64,000 bases of DNA, taken from assembly GCA_965228735.1 (NCBI GenBank), contig OZ245838.1, positions 3,232,001-3,296,000 on the forward strand, given 5' to 3'. Made by a program: the position numbers and the translations under genes. Position 1 is the first letter of the stretch, and each line of letters starts with the position of its first letter. This document shows positions 48,050-57,947 of the stretch, in pieces. The notes under the pieces are model-generated. The model was given only the letters and a program-made list of their open reading frames with translations, was not told where the DNA came from and did not search any database. This DNA is from Planctomycetota bacterium (GTDB taxonomy: Bacteria; Planctomycetota; UBA1135; UBA2386).

Positions 48050-48748
48050 TCAGAGATCGGTGCGGGTCAGCAGCTCGCGGAACACCGGCGCGATCGTGCG
48101 CAGGTGATGCTCGAGCGACGCGACCGCGAGTTCATAGGTGATCACGTGGCAGCCGTGCTCGGGCGCCCACGACCCGAAGGAGCCGGGCGTGGCGTAGCCC
48201 ACCGAGTCGACGAGCGGCAGCTCCGACTGCTCCGCGAGCCAGCGACCCAGGTCGGTCGCGCCCGGATCCTCGACGCACGCGAGCGGCGCGTGCACGGCGA
48301 CCGCGGTCGCGGGCTGCAGCTCCTGGATCAGCTGCATCAACGCCTGCGTCTCCGGCTCCGAACCCGCGGCGTCGCCCGTCGACAGTTCGATGTCGCGCGG
48401 ATCCTCGGAGAACACGCGATGGCACACCGGCTCGGGGCTCCAGTTTTGCGCCGGCCAGTTGCGGTTGAGGTCGACGCCGTTCGCGTTGGCCCGCGTGCCG
48501 CGCGCGAGTCCGTCGGGATTGGCCGCGAGCACGACGGCGCAGTGCGGCGGCGGCTCGGCGAGATGCCGCAACGCCCACGACAGCGTCGTCGTCGATTCGG
48601 GCTCGTCGCCGTGGATGCCGGCGAAGACGAGCACGCGGCATTCGCCCGCAGGCCGAAAGACCTCGAGCGGCGCACCGAGGCGGCTCTTGCCGTAGACGTC
48701 GGACGGCAGCGCGACGGTGCCGCGCGCACTCCGGGGGCGGGTGGACAT
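48050..48748 (-). CDS. mpaA: Murein tripeptide amidase (M14 zinc peptidase)
   Basis: GIHGDE, NPDG, RANANGVDLNRNW, SEPE, YATPGSFGSW. Confidence 0.9.
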   Translation of the reverse strand: MSTRPRSARGTVALPSDVYGKSRLGAPLEVFRPAGECRVLVFAGIHGDEPESTTTLSWALRHLAEPPPHCAVVLAANPDGLARGTRANANGVDLNRNWPAQNWSPEPVCHRVFSEDPRDIELSTGDAAGSEPETQALMQLIQELQPATAVAVHAPLACVEDPGATDLGRWLAEQSELPLVDSVGYATPGSFGSWAPEHGCHVITYELAVASLEHHLRTIAPVFRELLTRTDL

Positions 48749-48759
48749 GGCGCGGGATG

Positions 48760-49797
48760 TTAGGCGAGGTCCGCTCGCGGCTCGACCCCGATCCCGGGTC
48801 GATCCGTCGCGAGCACGCAGCCGTCCTCGAACGGCAGCGCGTGGAACGGGTCGTTGGCGACGAGCAGCGCGCCGTCGAGATCGGCCCAGTCCGCGAGGCT
48901 CTGCAACTGGCACGCGGCCGCGATCGCGCACGACGTCTCGGTCATGCAGCCGAGCATCACGCGCAGGTCGAGCTCCTTGGCCAGTCCGATCATCGCGTGG
49001 GCTTCGCGCAGGCCGGTGCACTTCATGAGCTTGACGTTGATGCCGTCGTAGACGCCGCGCGCAGCGGCAACGTCCGCGAGCCGCTGCACGCCCTCGTCGG
49101 CGACGATCGGCAGGGGGCTGCGTTCGCGCAGCCATGCGAGGTCGTCCAGTCGTTCCTTCGGCATCGGCTGCTCGACGAGCTCGACCGCGTGCTCCGTCAA
49201 CCACTCGATCTCGCGCAGCGCGTGCTCGCGGTCCGACCAGCCCTGGTTGACGTCGACGCGCACTGGCACGGCGGTCACTGCTTGGATCGCCGCGATCATC
49301 GCGCGGTCGGCGGCGCTGCCGAGCTTGATCTTGAGCACGCGGTAGCCGGCGGCGTCGGCGTCGGCCGCGCGCTGCCGCACGTCATCGGGTTCGCCGATGC
49401 CGATCGTGAACGACGTCGGCCGGGCGCTCGTGCGATCGAGCCCGAGCCACTGCCAGTGCGGCTGCCCGCGCTGCTTGCCCTGCCAGTCGTGCAGCGCGAT
49501 GTCGAACGCCGCCTTGGCCGCCGTGTTGCCAACCGCGACCGCGTCGACCGCGGCGAGGATCGTTCCGGTGTCGAACGGGTCGTCGAACGCGGTCACGTCG
49601 ATCCGCTGCAAGAACGCCTGCGCCGACTCCTGCGTCTCGCAGAGGTACGGCGGCATCGACGCCTCGCCGTAGCCCGTCACGCCGTCGCGCTCGAGCTCGA
49701 CGAGCAGCGTCGGCGTCGTCGTGCGCGAGCTGTTCGCCAGCGTGAAGCGATGGCGCAGCTCGAGCGTGAACGGGATGCAGCGCAGCGCGAACGTCAT
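48760..49797 (-). CDS. ycjG: L-Ala-D/L-Glu dipeptide epimerase (enolase superfamily)
   Basis: KIKLG, DVNQGW, EQP, ADE, KLMK, GCMTE, DLDG. Confidence 0.9.
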   Translation of the reverse strand: MTFALRCIPFTLELRHRFTLANSSRTTTPTLLVELERDGVTGYGEASMPPYLCETQESAQAFLQRIDVTAFDDPFDTGTILAAVDAVAVGNTAAKAAFDIALHDWQGKQRGQPHWQWLGLDRTSARPTSFTIGIGEPDDVRQRAADADAAGYRVLKIKLGSAADRAMIAAIQAVTAVPVRVDVNQGWSDREHALREIEWLTEHAVELVEQPMPKERLDDLAWLRERSPLPIVADEGVQRLADVAAARGVYDGINVKLMKCTGLREAHAMIGLAKELDLRVMLGCMTETSCAIAAACQLQSLADWADLDGALLVANDPFHALPFEDGCVLATDRPGIGVEPRADLA

Positions 49798-50765
49798 CGC
49801 ACCGCGGGGTCGAGCAGTTCGAGGGTCGCGGGACCGGCTGCCGCCCCCGCCACGAGTCGCGCCCGCCCGCCGAAAGGCAGAGTCCACGAACCGGGTCGAT
49901 GACCGAACGGGAAGCCCATGGCGACGGGCACGTCGAGATCCCCGAGGCGATCCGCTAGCACGGCCGTCATCGGCGGGTGCGCGCTCGCGAGTTCGGTCTC
50001 GTCGACGTGGAAGTCGCCGAGCACGACGCCGGCGACGCGCTCGAAGAGCCCGGTCTGGCGCAGCTGCGTGAGCATGCGATCGACGCGGTACGGCACCTCG
50101 CCGATGTCCTCGAGGAAGAGCAGGACATCGTCGCCGTCACGCCCGATCTCCCACGGCGTGCCGATGAGCCCCTGCAGGACCGCGAGGTTGCCGCCGACGA
50201 GGCGACCGGTCGCGGTGCCGACGGCGAGCGCGCGAGCCGCGGGCGCCGGCGGCAATGGCGTGGCCTGATCCGACCGCGTGAGCAGACCGTGCTGCAGTTC
50301 CCAGCCAGCTGTCAGGGGATCCATCGCGGGCGTCGTCGCGACCATCGGACCGTGGAACGACAGGACGCCGGCCCCCACCCGAGCACCCGCGAGCAGCGCC
50401 GTGATGTCGCTGTAGCCGACGATCGGTTTGGGATCCTCGCGAAGCGGCTCCCAGTCGAGATCAGGCAACAACCGCGCCGCGCCGTAGCCGCCGCGGCCGC
50501 AGAAGACGGCGCGGAATCGCGGCTCCGCGATGGCCTGCTGGAACGCGGCGAGACGGTCGGCGTCGGGCGCCGCGACCGTGCAACCCTCGGGCCAGTCCAC
50601 GCCGGCGTCGACGGCGCCGCTCGACAGCACGTGCGGCCGGAGCTGCCATTCCCGCAGCCGCTCGAGGCCATGCTCGAACGCGGCGAGATCGCGCACCGCG
50701 CTCGATGGCAACACGACGGCGACCTCGTCACCGGGCTGCAGGGCCTTGGGCAGCTGCCAGTCCAT
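49794..50765 (-). CDS. ldcA: LD-carboxypeptidase (S66)
   Basis: RGGYG, GYSDIT, HGPM, GGNL, LEDIGE, FGH. Confidence 0.93.
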   Translation of the reverse strand: MDWQLPKALQPGDEVAVVLPSSAVRDLAAFEHGLERLREWQLRPHVLSSGAVDAGVDWPEGCTVAAPDADRLAAFQQAIAEPRFRAVFCGRGGYGAARLLPDLDWEPLREDPKPIVGYSDITALLAGARVGAGVLSFHGPMVATTPAMDPLTAGWELQHGLLTRSDQATPLPPAPAARALAVGTATGRLVGGNLAVLQGLIGTPWEIGRDGDDVLLFLEDIGEVPYRVDRMLTQLRQTGLFERVAGVVLGDFHVDETELASAHPPMTAVLADRLGDLDVPVAMGFPFGHRPGSWTLPFGGRARLVAGAAAGPATLELLDPAVR

Positions 50766-50837
50766 CGTGGCACTCTCGGCGGCGGATCAGCGCTTTGCAA
50801 CCGTGGCGCGAGAACGGGCCATGGCATGATGCACCGC

Positions 50838-52223
50838 ATGAAGTCGTTTGCCCTGCCGCTCGCCGGCTTGCTGCTCCATGCCTGCGCAACGTCGCCGCTC
50901 GACGAGCTGGCCGCGGAGCTTCGGCAGTATGACGACCACCCGGTCCAGGTCGCGGTGATGGTCGTCGATCTCGACAGCGGCGAGACGCTGCTCGCCCGCG
51001 AAGCGCAACGGCTGTTCCGGCCCGCGTCGACGATGAAGCTGCTGACGACGTCGGCGATCTGTCAGCGCGATCCCGACGGCGAGTTCGTCACCGAGGTGCG
51101 GGTCGACGCGGTACCGACGGGCCGCGTGACGCTGGTCGGCGGTGGCGACCCGCTGCTGTCGACCGCGGAGCTGCACGCGCTCGCGAAGCAGCTGCACGAG
51201 CACGGCGTGCGCGAGATCACCGGCCCGATCCGCATCGTCGATCCACTCCTGCACGGCAACCGCTTCGGGATCGGCTGGATGTGGGACGACGAGCCGGCGA
51301 CGTTCCAGCCCGCGATTTCGGCGGCGATCGTCGACGGCGGCTGCGTCACCGTCGAAGCTGCGGGCAACGGTGAGTCGCTCGATGCCAGCCTGCTCGGCGT
51401 TCCCGGGGAGCTCGAGCTTCACGTCGAGGCGAGTGCGGCCCGGCTGGCCGTCACCCGGGGGCGCTACCGCGACCCGAACGTGATCACCGTCCGCGGCCGC
51501 ACGCGGGAAGGACGGCAGGAACGGCGGACCATCACCGTCCCGGACCCGGCGCGCTACACCGGGCACGTTCTCGCGGACGCGCTGCGGCACGCCGGCATCA
51601 CCATCGCGGACAGCGGAGTCGAGGTCGTCGCGACCAACCCGGACGCGAACGCCCCAGCGGCCAAAGCGAGACTGAATCGACCGATGGCCGACGTCGTGAT
51701 CCACACCAACAAGGTCAGCGACAACCTCGGAGCCGAGCTGCTGCTGCGGCGGCTGGCCACGCTGCGGGAGGCCAATCCGAGCCCGCTGGGCCCTCTTGCC
51801 GAGTCCAGCGGCCTGACGACACTCGAAGGCGATGTCGACCGAAACCTTGACGAACCCGTCGACTACCGCCTCGCGGATGGCTCCGGGGTATCGCACTACA
51901 ACCTCGTGAGCGCCGGCCTGCTCTGGAGTCGCCTCGGCCTCATGCACCGGTCTGACGCCGACGCGGCGAGCCTGTTTCGCCGAAGCCTTCCGATCGCCGG
52001 CGTCGACGGCACGCTGAGGAACCGCATGAAAGGCACGGCCGCCGAGGGCCGGGTCTTCGCCAAGACCGGCACCGTATCCGGAGTCAGCAATCTCGCGGGC
52101 TACGTCGAGACCGAGTCGGGGCGCAACCTCGCGTTCGTGATCCTGTGTCAGAACTTCGTCGGTTCGTCGCGACCGTGGCGCGAACTGCAGGATCGGATCT
52201 GCGCGACGCTCGCGGCGATGTAG
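50838..52223 (+). CDS. dacB: D-Ala-D-Ala carboxypeptidase/endopeptidase PBP4 (S13), lipoprotein-like
   Basis: PASTMK (SxxK), GGDP, SDN, DGSG, AGVDGTL, AKTG; LHAC lipobox-like site. Confidence 0.93.
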   Translation: MKSFALPLAGLLLHACATSPLDELAAELRQYDDHPVQVAVMVVDLDSGETLLAREAQRLFRPASTMKLLTTSAICQRDPDGEFVTEVRVDAVPTGRVTLVGGGDPLLSTAELHALAKQLHEHGVREITGPIRIVDPLLHGNRFGIGWMWDDEPATFQPAISAAIVDGGCVTVEAAGNGESLDASLLGVPGELELHVEASAARLAVTRGRYRDPNVITVRGRTREGRQERRTITVPDPARYTGHVLADALRHAGITIADSGVEVVATNPDANAPAAKARLNRPMADVVIHTNKVSDNLGAELLLRRLATLREANPSPLGPLAESSGLTTLEGDVDRNLDEPVDYRLADGSGVSHYNLVSAGLLWSRLGLMHRSDADAASLFRRSLPIAGVDGTLRNRMKGTAAEGRVFAKTGTVSGVSNLAGYVETESGRNLAFVILCQNFVGSSRPWRELQDRICATLAAM

Positions 52224-52281
52224 CGCCCGAATCCTCTCCAACGGGGTTGCAAAGCGCCGACCGGAAGCGTCCCGTCGCGCC

Positions 52282-52617
52282 ATGCCGGCCACCCCACGCT
52301 TCGCCCACAACGTCTACTTCGAACTGCGGGACAGCTCGCCGGCGGCGCAGGACCGCCTGATCGCGGCGTGCTACGACAAGCTCGGCGGCATCGAGTGCGT
52401 CGATTTCCTCGCGGCCGGGCCGCGCGACCGCGAACTGCAACGCGACGTGAACGATCAGGGCTTCGACGTGGCGCTGCACGTGTTCTTCGCCGACCGCGCC
52501 GCGCACGACGCGTATCAGAACGCGCCGGCGCACCTCGAGTTCATCCACGACAACCAGGACAACTGGCGATCGGTGCGCGTCTTCGACTCGACGCTCGTGA
52601 CCAACGAACCGCGCTGA
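52282..52617 (+). CDS. Dabb family (stress-responsive A/B barrel) protein
   Basis: AHNVYF...FDVALHVFF...HDAYQ..PAHLEFI...VRVFDS. Confidence 0.88.
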   Translation: MPATPRFAHNVYFELRDSSPAAQDRLIAACYDKLGGIECVDFLAAGPRDRELQRDVNDQGFDVALHVFFADRAAHDAYQNAPAHLEFIHDNQDNWRSVRVFDSTLVTNEPR

Positions 52618-52625
52618 CGAAGACC

Positions 52626-54479
52626 TCAGCCGCCGGTCCGGAACGACTCGAGGCGCTGCTCCATCCGGGCCCGATCGAACTTCGCGGGCGGCGGGAAGTC
52701 CTGATCCCGCAGCAGCGCGTCGAGGCCCGGCGTCACGGACTGCACGCCGCCCGCCGGCACGTCGAGGTGCGCGCACCAGACGATCGCGTTGAGCACGAGC
52801 CGACGGCAGTCGTCGTGCCCCCAGTTCCAGTGCACGTGGCCGCCGGTGAAACCGAACCCGCGGCCGCCGTCGGGCCGCTGCACCGCCCACGCGACGTGCT
52901 GCGGCTTCTGGGCCGCGACCGCCCGGCGCACGTGCGGGTTGCCGCTGTGACGACCGTCCTTGCGCGCCATCGTCGAGGCGGGCGCGATCGCCGAGAGGAT
53001 CGGCGTCACGGCCTCGAGCCGCGGCCGGAAGCGCATGTGGAAGTACCACTCGTCGTTCAGCTCGAATGGCCCGACGCCGCGCGTGATCGGATGTTCCGGC
53101 AGCTCGGTGAACGCCGCGGTCCAGTGCGGATTGACCGACCAATCGGTCTCGAAGTAGCCGCCGAGCCAGTTCACGAAACGGTCACCGGGCACGCCCTTCG
53201 GCACCTCGACCGCGTAGTGCAGGCAGACGAACCCGACCCCGCGCGCGAGCAGTTCATCCACGGCGCCGAGATGCCGAACGAGCGGATGCCCGCGCCCACC
53301 ATCGGAGTACACGACGAGCACGTCGGCATCGGCGAGCTCTTTCGGATCCTCCGGCCAGCCGCGGATCACCTCGACGTCGATGTCGAGACCGCAACGCTCG
53401 AGCGCCCGCGCGAGCAGCAGACAGCCGGCGTGGTGTTCGTGCGCGCCGAAGCCGTGACTGCGGCGGCCCGCGAGCATCACGACCTTGCGCGTGCGCCACG
53501 GGTCGTCCTCGACAACCCAGATGTTGCGGTAGACCACGGGGTTGCCGTGGTCCTGCAGCACGAGCCCGCCGGGCTCCGACCCCTCACGGCGCTTGCTCGC
53601 CGTCGTCCGCCGCGGCACCACAACGTCGTCCTGCACGAGGATGCCGTTGAGGTGCACGGTCATGCGCGCCGGCGCGATCTTCTCGTCGCCGCGATAGCGC
53701 GCCGCCGTGAAGCGGATGTCGTAGGTCTGCCACGTCGCCGGCGGCAGGCACGCGTTCACGATCGGATCACTGATGGAGTAGATGCCGCCGCACTCGTTGT
53801 TCTTGCCGACGAGCCCGAACGAGTCGAGCACCTGGCACTCGTAGCGCCCCTGCACGTAGACGCCGCTGTTGCCGCGCTTCTGCCCCCGGTGGTGCGGCTC
53901 GAACGGCGTCCTGAACTCGAGGTGGATGCGCTGGTCGCCGAACGCGCGCCTGCTGTCGCAACCGACGGCGAGGTGCCCGTCCTCGGTCAGGCGGCCGTTC
54001 TCGAACGCGTCGGCCGAGCTGCCGTCGAACAGCACGATCGCGCCCGGCGGCGGCGTGGCGCCGAGCGTCGGGCTCGCCCGCGTGACGCGCTGCAACTCAC
54101 CGAGCTCGTCGCCCGCCGTCGAACGGAACCGGATCGCGCCGTCGCCGAGCGTCGCCCGCCAACCGGACTCGAACGTCGCCACACCAGCCGTGAACGCCGC
54201 TTCGACCTCGACCCGGGGATCGCCGCGCCGCCAGCCGTCACCGGGCAGGCCGCCGTCCAGCAGCACGAGTCGCAGCCGGGAACCGTCGTCCCCGGAGAAC
54301 GCGACGACCTGGGCGCCGAACGGCCGCTCGACCGGCGTCGCCCCCGCCGCCGGAATCGTCAACACCCCGCGATACTCGCCCTGCGCGGCGAGCAGGTCAG
54401 CACGCATCGGCGTTGCCTGACCCGCGGCGGGGTCAGCGAAGGGCAGGGCGGCGAGGAGTCCGGCGAGCATTCGGATCAT
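52626..54479 (-). CDS. Secreted DUF1080 + ThuA-like protein
   Basis: LFDG, HLEF, RGNSGVY.QGRYE.QVLDS, WQTYDI, LQDHGNPVVYRNIW; then SHGFGAHEH, DEWYFHM, FTGGH.HWNW. Confidence 0.9.
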   Translation of the reverse strand: MIRMLAGLLAALPFADPAAGQATPMRADLLAAQGEYRGVLTIPAAGATPVERPFGAQVVAFSGDDGSRLRLVLLDGGLPGDGWRRGDPRVEVEAAFTAGVATFESGWRATLGDGAIRFRSTAGDELGELQRVTRASPTLGATPPPGAIVLFDGSSADAFENGRLTEDGHLAVGCDSRRAFGDQRIHLEFRTPFEPHHRGQKRGNSGVYVQGRYECQVLDSFGLVGKNNECGGIYSISDPIVNACLPPATWQTYDIRFTAARYRGDEKIAPARMTVHLNGILVQDDVVVPRRTTASKRREGSEPGGLVLQDHGNPVVYRNIWVVEDDPWRTRKVVMLAGRRSHGFGAHEHHAGCLLLARALERCGLDIDVEVIRGWPEDPKELADADVLVVYSDGGRGHPLVRHLGAVDELLARGVGFVCLHYAVEVPKGVPGDRFVNWLGGYFETDWSVNPHWTAAFTELPEHPITRGVGPFELNDEWYFHMRFRPRLEAVTPILSAIAPASTMARKDGRHSGNPHVRRAVAAQKPQHVAWAVQRPDGGRGFGFTGGHVHWNWGHDDCRRLVLNAIVWCAHLDVPAGGVQSVTPGLDALLRDQDFPPPAKFDRARMEQRLESFRTGG

Positions 54480-54538
54480 CGCTGCCGATTAGAGAGCGTG
54501 GCCGCCCGCGAGGACAACGTGAGCTGTCCGAACGCCCG

Positions 54539-55783
54539 TCAAAAACGGGCGACGAACTGCACGCCGCCACCGCCGAAGGCCGCCTCGTCGAGCTGGGTCG
54601 TGACCTGCACGGTCATGCGCGCGTGTTCGCTGAAGTCCCAGAGCGTGTTGAACGCGAGCTTGCCCTCGAAGCGGTCGGCGAACTCGTCATTCATCGCGTC
54701 GCGCGCGATCCGTCGCACGTTGCCGGCGAGCACCTGGGGTTCGAACGACAGCCGGCCGGAGAACGGCAGGTGGATGCGCGCGATGCCGAACCACTCCTCC
54801 CGCCGACCGCGCAGTCGGTTGTCGAGATTCTGCGTGATGCCGTCCTCCTCGAGCACGAGGTGCGAGACGCCGAGCGACCACGGCGTCTCCGGGTCGTCGT
54901 GCCAGTACTCGACGCGGAACTCACGGAAGTCGCGCCGGAAGTCCTCGGGCTCGACCGTGCCGCCGGTGAGCGGTGCCCGCGACTTGTCCGTCCATTCGAC
55001 CTCGGCCGCCCCCACGAGCCAGCTGCGCTCGCCGAGTCGCACGTGCGATTCGACGCTGCCGATCCAGCGCTGCAGCTCGTAGGCCGCAGCACCCGGCACG
55101 TCGTGAACCTCGAACGGCAACTGGCCAGAGACCTCGAACGCGACCCGATGACTCTCCGGATCGCCGAACGCCCCGGCCACCATGAGTGCGTACGCATCGG
55201 TCTGGTATTCGAGGTCCGCGTTCTTCGCCGACGGCGCGTCGACGGCGGTCAGCATGACGCGCAGCGCTTCATGCTCGTTCCGCAGCAACCAGGCCCCGAC
55301 CGAGGCGTCGACGACCGCCTTCTCCGCGAACAGCTCCGCCTGCGCGAAGACGGCGGTGCCCGGCCCGAGCTCGTACTCGAGTTCGAGCGCGGTCCGCAGG
55401 AAGCGCGTGTCCCGCGTCTCCGATTGCAGCATGTGGAAGCCCGCGGACCAGCCGCTGCCGAGCCTCTTCGTGACATCGAGCTGCCCTTCCAGCGTGAGCT
55501 CCGCGGTGCGCACCGAACCGCCGCGATACGACAGCTGATCGTGGAAGCGCGGCAGCCCGCGATTCCACCACGGCGGCAGCACGACGTAGGACGCGCGGTC
55601 CATGAAGTACTCGACCCCGCGACGGAAGTCGGAGCGGATCCCTTCGCGCTCGACGCCGAGCCAGGTCGCCCGGTTGAGGAACTGCGCGGGCAGCAGGCCA
55701 GCGCTCATCGCGCCGAAGGCCAGGATACCGAGCGCGGCGCGGACGCGGGTCGCGGTCGAACATGGCGAGGGTGTCGGTGGCAC
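54539..55783 (-). CDS. Putative outer-membrane beta-barrel protein
   Basis: Signal peptide ending LPA-Q; alternating amphipathic strands; terminal GVQFVARF; start uncertain. Confidence 0.6.
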   Translation of the reverse strand: MPPTPSPCSTATRVRAALGILAFGAMSAGLLPAQFLNRATWLGVEREGIRSDFRRGVEYFMDRASYVVLPPWWNRGLPRFHDQLSYRGGSVRTAELTLEGQLDVTKRLGSGWSAGFHMLQSETRDTRFLRTALELEYELGPGTAVFAQAELFAEKAVVDASVGAWLLRNEHEALRVMLTAVDAPSAKNADLEYQTDAYALMVAGAFGDPESHRVAFEVSGQLPFEVHDVPGAAAYELQRWIGSVESHVRLGERSWLVGAAEVEWTDKSRAPLTGGTVEPEDFRRDFREFRVEYWHDDPETPWSLGVSHLVLEEDGITQNLDNRLRGRREEWFGIARIHLPFSGRLSFEPQVLAGNVRRIARDAMNDEFADRFEGKLAFNTLWDFSEHARMTVQVTTQLDEAAFGGGGVQFVARF

Positions 55784-55927
55784 GCTGCGCCGAGCATAGC
55801 GAGTCCGCTTTCGGTGCGCTGGGGCGACGTCGAGCAGCGGTTCTGCCGTTGCCCTGCCTCGCGGCGCGGCTAGGTGACTGCAGACACACGCCCGACGGCG
55901 GTTGCCGTCATGACCAAGACCTGACCG

Positions 55928-56896
55928 ATGCCGATTCGTTCCCGCACTCTCCCCCTGTTCGCGCTGGTCCTCGGGCCGGTCGTCGACCTCGCGTCCCCGC
56001 TGCAGGCCCAGACGTTTCAGATGAGCGCGGTCAACCCGGTGACGGTCCAGGCGCAGGACGCCACGCAGGTGCATACCGCCTGGCAGCCGGCTGGTCCGAT
56101 CCCGCCGTGGACGCAGCTCGCGGCCACGATCCAGGTTCCGAACTCATCGAGCCTCGCGGCCCGCGCCTATCTGGCGATGAACGCATCCCACCAGCCGCAC
56201 GTCGCACGCGGCGACCTCCAGCTCTACCTCACTGCCACCGCCGGGGCACTGGCAGAGCTCCAACCCAGCGAGTTCCTGGTCGACTTCACGAACCCGACGG
56301 CGAGCCCGGTGATGTTCACGTTCTCTCGGACGATCACCGGCACCGCCGGCACGCCGTTGCCGCTGCTCGAGGTCGACCTCATGGACGACGGCAGCGTCGA
56401 CTACACGCTCGCGGGCCCACAGCCGGAATGGCAGCGGATCGTGGCCGCCAGCGCGAACGTCCCGACTCGGATTCGACTGAGCGGCGTCCTGGCCAGTCCA
56501 GGCAGCATCGGTCTCGAGTTCCGGATCAGGGTCACGCCGGCCTACACCACGGTGACGAACACGGTCAGCGGCTGCTTCGGCGTGAACCTCGACATGCAGC
56601 CCCGGCTCGACGGCGACCTCGGCTACACCGTCGGGCTCGGCGGACTGACGGGCCCCACCGCCGTGGTGTTCGGGCTCACTCCGCAACCGCAGCTTCTCGG
56701 CACGATGTCGCAATCGAACGCCCCGTGCATGCTGTGGCCGCGGCCCGATGCCGTGATGCTGTGGCCGCAGGGGTTCGGCTCCGCAACGCTCCCGATTCCG
56801 CCAGCCGTCCGACCGATCAAGGTCCACGCGCAGAGCGTCGTGGCGTTCACCCCCTTGCTCGTGACGAGTCACGGGTATCTCGTCGATATGCGATGA
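55928..56896 (+). CDS. Secreted hypothetical protein (paralog family) with shared C-terminal domain
   Basis: LQA-Q; AGPIP, DLMDDG, SGC, PRLDG, PC..WPRPD, VHAQ. Confidence 0.8.
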   Translation: MPIRSRTLPLFALVLGPVVDLASPLQAQTFQMSAVNPVTVQAQDATQVHTAWQPAGPIPPWTQLAATIQVPNSSSLAARAYLAMNASHQPHVARGDLQLYLTATAGALAELQPSEFLVDFTNPTASPVMFTFSRTITGTAGTPLPLLEVDLMDDGSVDYTLAGPQPEWQRIVAASANVPTRIRLSGVLASPGSIGLEFRIRVTPAYTTVTNTVSGCFGVNLDMQPRLDGDLGYTVGLGGLTGPTAVVFGLTPQPQLLGTMSQSNAPCMLWPRPDAVMLWPQGFGSATLPIPPAVRPIKVHAQSVVAFTPLLVTSHGYLVDMR

Positions 56897-56985
56897 GGCT
56901 GACGCGTAACCAACCGCTGTCAGAGCGGTAGTTCTCGGCAGACCCCTGACGGCCCGACACCGTCGTAACCCAAAGCCCTCTCCAG

Positions 56986-57930
56986 ATGCTGCGACCGACC
57001 CTGTCCCGCACGCTGATCACTACCGTGATCGGCGCCTTCTCCTGTTCCTCGGCCGAGCTCACCGCGCAGTCGGCCCAGCTGACCGCGGTCACGCCGGTGA
57101 CCGTGACCGCCCAGTCCGGCGCGCAGACGATCAGCAACACGCTGCCGGCCGGTCCGCTGCCGGCCTCGAGCAACGTCCAGGCGGTCGTGGCGAACGTCGC
57201 GCGCGTCCTCGCCAGAACCGAAGCGATCGCATCGACGCACACGATCGGCGCCATTCTCGACCTCGACCTCATCGTGCCGCCCGCCGGCATGGCCGAGCTC
57301 GCACCTTGCGAACTCACGCTCGACCTGGCGAACCCGACGACGGACTTCCTGCACTACACGATCACGCGTGAACTGACGGGTTCGCCCGGCATGCCGATGC
57401 CGACGCTTTCGATCGACGTGCAGGACGACGGCACCCCCGACTTCAACCTCGTCCACTCACAGTCGACGGGGACGTTCCTGCTCTCCGGCAACACGAGCAT
57501 CCGGTCCCGCATTCAGTTGGCCGGCAGCTCGGTCGTGGCCGGAACCCAGTCCCTGCGCGTGACGATCCAGGTCACCCCGGCGACCGCGACGGTCACGAGC
57601 GCTGGCGGTCAGTGCACGTTGTTCGACTTCGGCACGACGCCGCGGTTCGACGGCGGGGTCGATGTCCAGGCGTACTCGGGTTCGGCGAGCATCCCCGCGG
57701 CCATCGTGCTCGGCCTCGGCATCCAGCCGCAGATCCTCGGCACGTTGGCCGGCGGCCCGTGCCTGCTGCTGCCGCGGCCGGACGCTCTCGTGCTGCTGCC
57801 GCAGGGCTTCGGGACGACGACGATTCCGGTTCCACAGGCGGTGCGACCGCTGCGGCTCTACACGCAAGCCGTGATGCCGGCCGGCCCCGTCATCGCGACC
57901 AGCCAGGCGTATTCGGTCTACTTCCTGTAG
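56986..57930 (+). CDS. Secreted hypothetical protein (paralog family) with shared C-terminal domain
   Basis: LTA-Q; LPAGPLP, DVQDDG, GQC, PRFDGG, PCLLLPRPD, LYTQA. Confidence 0.8.
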   Translation: MLRPTLSRTLITTVIGAFSCSSAELTAQSAQLTAVTPVTVTAQSGAQTISNTLPAGPLPASSNVQAVVANVARVLARTEAIASTHTIGAILDLDLIVPPAGMAELAPCELTLDLANPTTDFLHYTITRELTGSPGMPMPTLSIDVQDDGTPDFNLVHSQSTGTFLLSGNTSIRSRIQLAGSSVVAGTQSLRVTIQVTPATATVTSAGGQCTLFDFGTTPRFDGGVDVQAYSGSASIPAAIVLGLGIQPQILGTLAGGPCLLLPRPDALVLLPQGFGTTTIPVPQAVRPLRLYTQAVMPAGPVIATSQAYSVYFL

Positions 57931-57947
57931 ACCCGCTGCCCGCAGCG

